This document shows, one piece after another, positions 52,209-64,000 of a stretch of 64,000 nucleotides of DNA. This DNA is from Eledone cirrhosa (taxonomy: Eukaryota), in the NCBI GenBank assembly GCA_964016885.1, contig OZ024740.1:372186001-372250000 (forward strand). Reading direction: 5' to 3'. Made by a program: the position numbers and the translations under genes. The notes below the pieces were generated by a model that saw only the letters and a program-made list of their open reading frames with translations, was not told where the DNA came from and ran no database searches. How positions within the stretch are numbered: position 1 is the stretch's first letter; the number at the start of each line of letters is the position of its first letter.

Positions 52209-52254
52209 TGTATGTATGTATGTATGTATGTATGTATGTATTTATGTATGATTT

Positions 52255-52905
52255 GTCGGGTACCTCCTGAGTGCCACTGGTAGCATGTAACCCAGTACAA
52301 CCTGTCGCATGGTCAGATCGTTTCCTTGGTGTGGAGGGGGATTTTGGATACCCTGCAGGATAAGAAAAACAAAATCTATCAAATGGTGGAAGAACTCATA
52401 AGAATCAACAACCATCCAAAAATCTATAAGTATGTATGTATGTATGTATGTATGTATGTATGTATGTATGTATGTATGTATGTATGTATGTATGTATGTA
52501 TGTATGTATGTATGTATGTATGTATATGTATATACATCTATACGTGTGTGTATATATGCGCGGGGATATAGAAATAATCAGGCTGGATATCCGGTCGTGC
52601 GGTTAAACCATTGGGAGTGAAGGAACCCTAGCCTTTGTCAGGGCATTCTTCTAAGAGAAAGCAACTCAGGAAACTGGGATAACTCCGACATAAAACTTCC
52701 GGCTCAGTAGTTACCGGTGATTTTGATCTTTTCTTCTTTTCGGGTTATAGCTACTGTCGGTCAGAGAGTGGGATTGGCTAGTGTACAGTCTTTCTTCACT
52801 TAAAAAAAATGTTCACGCACAGGCATTGCGCGATGGCATAAATTGATAATTATTAATAATGTTAATGCAATAGCCATACTCGATAACGAGGGGGCAGCCA
52901 TCATG
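52255..52905 (+). mobile_element. Second, diverged RTE-derived bipartite element split by a (TATG)n tract
   Basis: Colinear homology with 51617-51960 (gtcggg..ccttggtg.ggaggg..ctgcagga..aaaacaaaa..ccatccaaaa; tagcctttgtca.ggca..gcacaggcattgc) and the same 3' tail. Confidence 0.55.
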
Positions 52906-53510
52906 TATGTATGTATGTATGTATGTATGTATGTATGTATGTATGTATGTATGTATGTATGTATGTATGTATGTATGTATGTATGTTTGCATACATGTAT
53001 GTATATGATTCTATCTCTATTCTATGGGATTGCGGCCAAATATTACGTTCCCGTCAACTAGCCATTAGAAATAAACATAAATTGACCAAAGAATGATGTC
53101 TATCCACTGTCTATATTCGCACGGATGCTCGTACATATACACATGCATATAGCTCTATACACATCCCTACATACACAGACGTAGAATGCTTATGTTTGAT
53201 TTCACCGTAGTTGGTTGATTGAAACAAGTACATGGCACTTAACATTCTTGAGCGCTTCGTGCTATAACATTCTGAAGACGTGCGAAATATAATTAAGTAT
53301 TGCATATAATTGAACAATATATATTATAGTCAGCATATGTAGACTATAATAGGTACAGAAACATATGTTGAGGCCAATAAATTCTTATCCTCCCTTCTCG
53401 CCGAAGTCAATACTTTTCTTGGTGCTATACTTGCTTATATTATATACTCCATTATCTCTTCTATATTAAATACTATATTAAATACTATATTTCCCGCTTG
53501 GATACTTATG

Positions 53511-53585
<75 letters not shown>

Positions 53586-53629
53586 GTGTGTGAGTCTCAG
53601 TTTCCTTGACTTCATGTAGATGTACTGAT

Positions 53630-54045
53630 AATTGCGGCAGTAAACTGGTGCAAAGTTGATTAAATGACTCTCAGTATTTCACTGGTGCTATATTTCATTC
53701 TGATCGGAAATATGAAAGGCAAATTTGATCTGAGTGGTGTTTGAACTTAGAATGTAAAATGACAGAACGAATAACGCTATAGCATTTTATCCGACGCTTT
53801 ACAAATTCCGCCAATCTACCACCTTTAAGAAAGGCACAACACGAACATATCTGGGTTCTGGTTAGAGTTGATTATATGTACCCAAGTACTACACTCGTAC
53901 TTTATTTTATTGGCCTCGGAAGGATTAAAGGCATAGGTGCAGATTCGGGCAGATTTTGCAGATTCGGGCAGATTTTGAACTCAATACGTAGAAAGTCTAA
54001 CTAAATAGCGCAAAGTATCTGACGCTCAACTAATTGAGCCAACCT
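53630..54045 (-). mobile_element. Two old tandem SINE copies
   Basis: Diverged tgaaaggcaaa..tttgaact.aga..ccgacgct..gccaatc blocks. Confidence 0.6.
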
Positions 54046-54487
54046 TTGCGGAAATATTACAAGAAGTTAAATAATTCCTCTATTCTTTTTTTCTTACAAG
54101 AATATCTCAAAGAATATGGCTGCAATATATTAGGGCTAAAATCTAATATGAGTAAACTCATGAATCTTCATAAACTATAATTGTGTACTGCTAGTGCTAA
54201 ATTTCTACATTATTTGATACGCTAATTAGTTTGAAAAGGAAGTGTAATAAAAAAAATTAATGTAAATTGCGCAATTGATTGAATTTGGCAAAATCCATTA
54301 TACGTAAATAACATTTGTACTACCAATGCTATTACATTTATTTTTAACGATTTTTCTGTTATGTAGTTGTGTAATATCTTATTTTATTGCTTTCTTGTAA
54401 ATGAAATTTGCACGAAAATTATCTTATCCATAAGTCTCTAATACACATACGCAAATGCATTAAAAATATAAAAACATGCAGACACAT

Positions 54488-54918
<431 letters not shown>

Positions 54919-55339
54919 GATATACGTTGTGCATCGAAAAACTCATAGTACATTTATGAACCAATAAGACATTTCATCTTCACTGAATTACTTATGTTGT
55001 ATATTTTATATAAATCTCATATTTGTTAAGTTTTTGTTAACGTACCTTCTAATATTTATTTTGTTCTTTTCATAATAATCACAGAAAGCAGCATTTTATT
55101 TGTGTAATATTAAACCGATAGGTTTTAAAAAGCGGATAAAATGCAGTAGAAATATATAAACGGCAAAGGATAACAAATAAAACAATACAAAGTAATGTTT
55201 TACCTAATATATTTCAAAATAATATTTGAGGGCTTATACCCTCTTTTCAAATGTGAAACAGAAACAGTTCAAAACAAAATAGAACGGTGGATATGATCCT
55301 CCTTAACTGACCTACCTGCATGAAAAACGCATGTCTGTA

Positions 55340-57100
55340 AATGTTACAGTAGCCAATCAGCTTTGTCCACTCCCAATCTATTATTTATCTGTTTTCTTTT
55401 TTTTGGTCGATGATAATGGCCTCTTCGATTCTTAAATTAACCGCATTTCGTTTCCATGGTGACGTCAATGTCCTGACTGCGGCATCTGTCCAGATGATTT
55501 TGAACAGGAAAATCTCTCGTCGTCATGTGTAACTTGGTCCGTATGTGCATTATTAAGATGTACGAGGAGCTACATGTAAAAGTGTGCTTTGTTTTTTATT
55601 TGTCCTTTGTTTATTTTTACTGCAATGACCCGGCTTTTTGAAAGTTATCCGTTTCTATTACATATCCCCAAATGCATCGTATTAACTATGCTATTTCTTT
55701 TGTTTTATACAGAAATACATTGACGCGCACAACCGATGTGGGTTTATATTCAGCATGAATAAGTATCTTATATTTAAAGGAATTGTCGAGAAAAATGTTT
55801 AATTGTAGTTCGGGAGGATATAATGTGTCTGTTTAATCAGAGATTGTACTGAACTTGTTCGTAAGAGCTGGATCCATCTAGTATTTTCGGTGTTCGTACA
55901 TACCCTTAGCTATGTTGACGAATCTTCGGTTATGACAGAAAGAATAGGATTGTAAATACAAACATCCGAAATGGGTTTTCTTGAAGGGTCTTTGGAGTAA
56001 CGTTACATGATAGGGTGCGTAACTCAGAGATCAAGATGACGCTCCGGGCAGAGGTGCTACTTCTTCGAATCGAAAGATAACATCTCAGCTACTAAGCAGG
56101 GGCCAAGATAGGAGCGTTCCCGACGCGGCTCTGGGAGTATTGATAAGATACTTTTAAGCCTATCACCACCACAAGCAACAGTTTTAAGTGTGGAAACCAT
56201 AAGAGGAAGAATAAGATATTAAGGGCATGGGGTTAGAATGTCTTTTAAGGGCAAAGTCAACCAATAAAATTCCCAGTCGACCATGAGAAAGATGGTTAGA
56301 TAAAATCAATAAATCTGGTCCAGATCCAGATGAGCAGAAGACGGTTACTTCTGGTCAAGATCAACAACAGACGGTTACTTCTGAGTGGATCCCCAGGAAG
56401 GTGTCTCTGAGGACTATGCTTCTAGGACCATTCAAGGAGTAAGTGGGTGTAGAAAAAGAAGACGACGATGAAGAAGACAAATAAAGAAGTAGAAGAAGAA
56501 GAAGAAGAAGAAGAAGAAGAAGAAGAAGAAGAAGAAGAAGAAGAAGAAGAAGAAGAAGAAGAAGAAGAAGAAGAATATGATGATGATGATGATGATGACG
56601 ATCGCATTTAGAAGCTGTGAACATTAGTTGAAGCAAGTGGTATCTGCTAGAATTATTTGGCAAATTTATTAATTGTTATAATTGCAAAATATTAGAAAGT
56701 CGTGCTTAAGTAGTGAAACAAGGAATGTTCCAGCTCGTGCAAGGTGTGAATGAATTCATCTCTCATAATCGTTTTACTAATATAAGCATATCTTCGTTGC
56801 TGATATTTGAAGCTGGTGACTTGAGACAGCTTAGTTATAAATGTTTTTCAGAGTGTTGATCTGAAATTTATTTCAAGAATGTAGAGAGATAAAGAGCCGT
56901 AGTTGAAAAAGTGTTAGTAGATGGTGGTGTTTTGAGAGTGGCAGAAAAATGGTACATTTAGTGAGAATTAACAAAAAGATATTTTTCAGTGAATGTGATC
57001 TTTGATTTATAACATACTAAATCAAATATTGATTTAATAGATCCTCTTGAAATCCGCAGATCGCTTAATAGTACTCCTAATGTAGTCAACCAGTTGCTCG
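55340..57100 (-). pseudogene. Possible very old Penelope-like remnant, interrupted by (GAA)n(GAT)n
   Basis: Only faint minus-strand motifs: FTC..Y, NHL..C, LRIEEAIII..IN near 55380-55590. No sustained frame. Confidence 0.25.
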
Positions 57101-57519
57101 TGCGCACGGTTTTGCATGATGTATATCGACATTTATAATGTTGTCTTTATGACATTTATAATAAGATTGTATTTCTGTTGTGAATATTTTTTGTAAAAAT
57201 AAATTTACACTAGCAAATAGTTATCCAGTGGTATGAACATTCTTGAAAATATGTTAAGTATACTAATATCTCCATAATATTACTGCTATATCTCGTCAGC
57301 TTGAACTTAAACACATAAAATGTTTTGAATAAGGTTTTATTTATATTCCAGATTCTTCTGTGAGCTCTGATTGATTGTCCGTACCAACCTAAATATTAAA
57401 CGTTGTTTGTATGAAACAGAATGCCTAAACATTGACCTTGGATAATGTGGACAGCGTTGATAGATAAAGAAGTCAGGACCAAGTATGCAGATACTAGTGC
57501 ATCCAAATTCAGATAAATC

Positions 57520-58264
57520 CCTGAGCAAATAGCTGACGTTGAAACAAAGTAGAGATTGTTCAGCTCTGCAGTCTCTGCTTCAGCTGATAAATGCTGCGAG
57601 TGAAAGATGCTTCGTGTGGCACCGGAAGGCAGGAGAATCCCTTGGTTCAATCAAGAGGTCAAAAATGTCATCCGAGCAAAGAAGGAGGCCTACAAAGCCC
57701 GGCTTAGAAATAAGTCCTTCTTCTTCCATATGCGGTACAGGTAGGCACGATGAATCGCAGCAGATACATTGAAGGCGTCAAAAGGTAAGACATGGGAGGA
57801 CTTTGAGGTTAAGCTTGAATGAGACTGCAGATTAGCAAATAAAATGTTCTGGCAGACCATCGGTCGACTTCGTAAAAAGAAACCCTCCTCCATACCGGCT
57901 ATTAGAAACGCGTCTGGAGTTCTCCTCATGTGGTGAAGAGAATATTTTGCTGATCTGAACCCAATGATAGTAGGATCTTCACCTGTAAACGAGGTGCACC
58001 TGGGAGCGGTGACAAATCTCTTGGAGGAAGATGAAATCCAGCCTTAGATGTTAAAATCCTTAAATAAAAAATGTAATCTCTGGCTGACTCGTGTGTGCCG
58101 AGTGGTCTGGTTCTCTTGAAAGGCACTTAAGCAATGGCAATCGGGAGTGATAATCCCTATTTTCAAAAACAGGGGGCAAGAGAGACTGTTCCAATTACAG
58201 AGGGTTCTCCTTGTTAAGTCTCCCTCCTAAAGTCTATGCTAAATGTCTGGCAAAGAGATGCAGG
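57520..58264 (+). pseudogene. Decayed RTE-clade (Rex3/Expander-like) LINE fragment
   Basis: IPWFNQEVKNVIRAKKEAYK, TWEDF..LANKMFWQTI.RLR, DEIQP.MLK, WLTRVC, WQSGVIIPIFK and CSNYRG.SLLSLP.KVYAKCL, with stops and deletions. Confidence 0.82.
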
Positions 58265-58884
58265 CCCTCTCAAGAATAAGTGGGCCAAAAGAAAAAGAAG
58301 GGATATTTTGATGCTAACCTGTTAAGAACATTTCGTAGAGAACACTAAATATTAACTGAGCATTCAGGCGTTTATACTTTTATTACGGCCATTCTTTTTT
58401 AATTTCAATTATTCAGTGAGTTAAAAAATGTATGTGTACATACATCGCTCCATATATAAAAACACATTTGTAACAGTGAATTCAGTTGTATACAGGAATA
58501 AGTAAAGACAAAAGAATAAACCAAAATCATCATACAAGTACTTTTATTTCAGGTCAACATATGTTTGCAAATGGCATACAAAATTTTGCCCATGGCACCG
58601 ATCTTTTAAGAAAATTATGTCTACCTGTGTTCAAAACGTGGCTCGGAGATAAAATGTATACAAACATAAATACGTACATGCACCATTTTGAGCATATGAA
58701 ATCATAAACATACACACAAACATATATAAATATGGTATATTAAAACATGTAAGGTAAGTTTTGTGAATTTATTTGACTCTGATGAGTTATCCTTCCAGGA
58801 ATGAAATTATTCAATGCCTGGTTAGTCTATTAAAAGTTTTAATAATAATAATACCTGTCTTAATATACGTTTATACGTTTATAC

Positions 58885-61445
<2,561 letters not shown>

Positions 61446-62499
61446 TTGTATACTTTGTTTTAAAAATGTCACGTATGTTTAATTTTATTAAAACTCATTT
61501 TTTAGCAAAACAATTTCATCGTGCAAAAAATCTGAACGTTCGTCAAGTTTCATCAAATAAGTTTTGAAGCATTTTGGTTTAATTCGTCTCTCAATTGTTT
61601 TATTATCCGTTATATATGAACCAGGATGAAAAAAACATAGTAAAAAATAATAACACACGTATCCAATATAATAAACAGAAACGGAGAAGCATTAATAATC
61701 ATTGTTTTGTGTTTTACAAAAACACTTAACCACATATATGAAATTTAAATCCCATTACTTATGAACATCTATAAGATTTCATCCAGCATACATTAAAACA
61801 TGTCTTGCTTCACTTGATATTTTGTAATATTTAAATTCAAGTCTTATTTGCGTAATTGTTTTGGCTTTATTGTAATTATAAATGTTCATCATTATTTTAT
61901 TAAATAATAATGATAATGATACTAATAATGATAATAATGATAATAATAATATTAATAATATCCTTATTATTTGAATTATTATTATTATTATTATTATTAT
62001 TAATATTGTTATTAAAGTGCGTTTGAATATTTGGTAATTAACATTAGTATATGTAAGATTTACACATAAGATACATGAGAACTAAGCAAAATATTTTCAT
62101 ATATCTTCATTGACTTTTACGCGAAACAAAAAGGTACAATACTGATTGATTCCACCTCCCTCATTCAACTTCGGTTTTTCTCCCTTTTTATTGTCATAAG
62201 TTTTCATCATTTTAATTCTCCCTTGTATATGTAAAGGTTTTAATTTCACTTTTTTGTGATTTTTACAAAAATCACATTCATATGTCACAGAGATGGCGTC
62301 TCCTCATTTTTCAATGGCGTTTTCCTTTTACTCACATCATCTAAATAACAATATCAGTTTTACCATACGCGTTTGTTGCACCCTCTTTCGTTTTGGTTCA
62401 CACAGCTTTCCAAAAGATGATATTAATATTGCGAGGTCATAATTATATTCGAATCGGATTGAATCCCTGGTCGTTTTATTATAATAAAATTCAATTATG

Positions 62500-62537
<38 letters not shown>

Positions 62538-62988
62538 GTACTGTCAATCATTCTGCTCCACAATATTTCAATTAAAACAATTTCGTGATTTTGCTTCTAA
62601 ATGCGAAGTTTGTTTAGATAACTAAACAGAAATAATAGGTAAAACAGCATCCATACAAGAAGGTGAAGAAAAACACGACACACCTCATTATCATCATCGT
62701 TTAAATTACAGAAATGATAAAAATATCTAAATATAAATGAAGCCTTGATATACGTACATAGTAACGCAAACATTTGGAAGGGCCCCCACCTCACACACAC
62801 ACTCACACTCACACACGCACATATGTACTATGTGTAAAGGTGTTTTATGGTATACACTATTTAAGTGCATGTCTTTTATAAGTAAACGTATATTCTTCAA
62901 AATTGATGTTATAGGATAATATATCCACCTGTGAGTATATGAATATGTACCTATAAATATGCACCTACATATATATATATATGTATTG

Positions 62989-63069
<81 letters not shown>

Positions 63070-63224
63070 GTATATATTTACATATATCTTTGTATGAAAT
63101 TATGTGTCCACATGTTGATGGAATCATACATATATATGAGAGCACATGGATATTCTGATAGTCCTGGTCAACATACCAACACACACACACACAGACACCC
63201 ACCCACCACACCACACACACACAC

Positions 63225-63257
<33 letters not shown>

Positions 63258-63529
63258 TGTGTGTGTGCTAATAAGAAGGGCATGAACACTTATATTCTAT
63301 TACTGTGTACGTATCGACCGCGATTTAAACACGGTCAAGCAAGGGCACCTAATCAACATTATGGATATGATAATAACATTTCTAAACCAACAACAACAGT
63401 AGTAAAAAACAATACTTTTAACAGTAATATAATAATAATAGTTATTAATATCAGTATTTGTAGTATTTGTAGTAGTTATAGTAGAAGTATTAGTTGTTAT
63501 TATATTATTGCATTACATATAGGACATGG

Positions 63530-63790
63530 TTTTGAGGTATTTAGCTACATCAATTCTGTTCTGAGTACAAATCCTACCATGATTGTGACTTTCAATCATA
63601 CTATCGGGGTTCGATAAGATGAGTAATGGCAAAATGAATTAGCCCTATAACATATGTGGCTCGATAAAATAAAGTACCAGTCACGTACTGGTGACGATTT
63701 AATCAACTTTTCCTTACCCCAAAATTACTAGCATTGTGCCTATAATAGAAATAGAAATAATTATTGTTGTTGTTATTATTATTATTATTA
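63530..63790 (+). mobile_element. Old SINE copy (or copies) with (TTG/TTA)n tail
   Basis: ctgagtacaaatcc..gactttcaatcatactatcggggttcgataa; tcgataaaataaagtaccagtca; ttgtgcctataatagaaat..attatt. Confidence 0.7.
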
Positions 63791-63840
63791 CAGTTGCATT
63801 TATCTTGCTTTATGTTCATACGAGTTATCACCAAGTCACA
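63791..63840 (-). mobile_element. 50-bp extreme 3' fragment of the Dong family
   Basis: cagttgcatttatcttgctttatgttcatacgagttatcaccaagtcaca matches 31845-31894 with one mismatch and abuts (TTA)n. Confidence 0.9.
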
Positions 63841-64000
63841 TAATTATCATCATCATCATCATCATCATGATCATCATCATTATTATTATTATTATTAGCA
63901 TTTTCATTGTGTTCTGTCAGTACATTAACAAGCACAGCTCTGTGTCTCTCTATGTTTAAATAAAAAAGCAAACAGAAAACAACTTTTTTTCATAATAATT

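Noticed and set aside
62097-62340. Possible pogo/Tigger N-terminal HTH remnant
   Set aside because: Only vague basic-residue similarity, with no catalytic domain or TIRs.

Overview
AT-rich eukaryotic DNA with many microsatellites and transposable elements. I found no supportable host protein-coding gene, rRNA, intact tRNA or CRISPR array. The repeat landscape (long (TA)n, (CA)n, (TATG)n and (TTA)n tracts, an abundant tRNA-headed SINE, and R4/Dong, RTE, Tx1 and Penelope-like elements) resembles a coleoid cephalopod such as Octopus; that assignment is inference. The core of the window (about 29-53 kb) is a stack of microsatellite-embedded non-LTR retrotransposons: a 5'-truncated RTE with three C-terminal C2H2 fingers, two near-identical R4/Dong copies on the minus strand, and two Tx1-clade elements on the plus strand. 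One Tx1 element is an ORF1-only (HAL1-like) derivative with an intact but divergent ORF1. The stack also holds a fragment of a second R4 family and short bipartite RTE derivatives. The left part (0-23 kb) contains Penelope-like remnants (an RT fragment and a Naiad-type GIY-YIG fragment) and several (TA)n-embedded inverted-repeat modules carrying minimal type I hammerhead ribozyme motifs, most with a U-U pair closing stem II. Most short ORFs in the supplied track are microsatellite artefacts. All family assignments and RNA folds were made by eye, without database searches.
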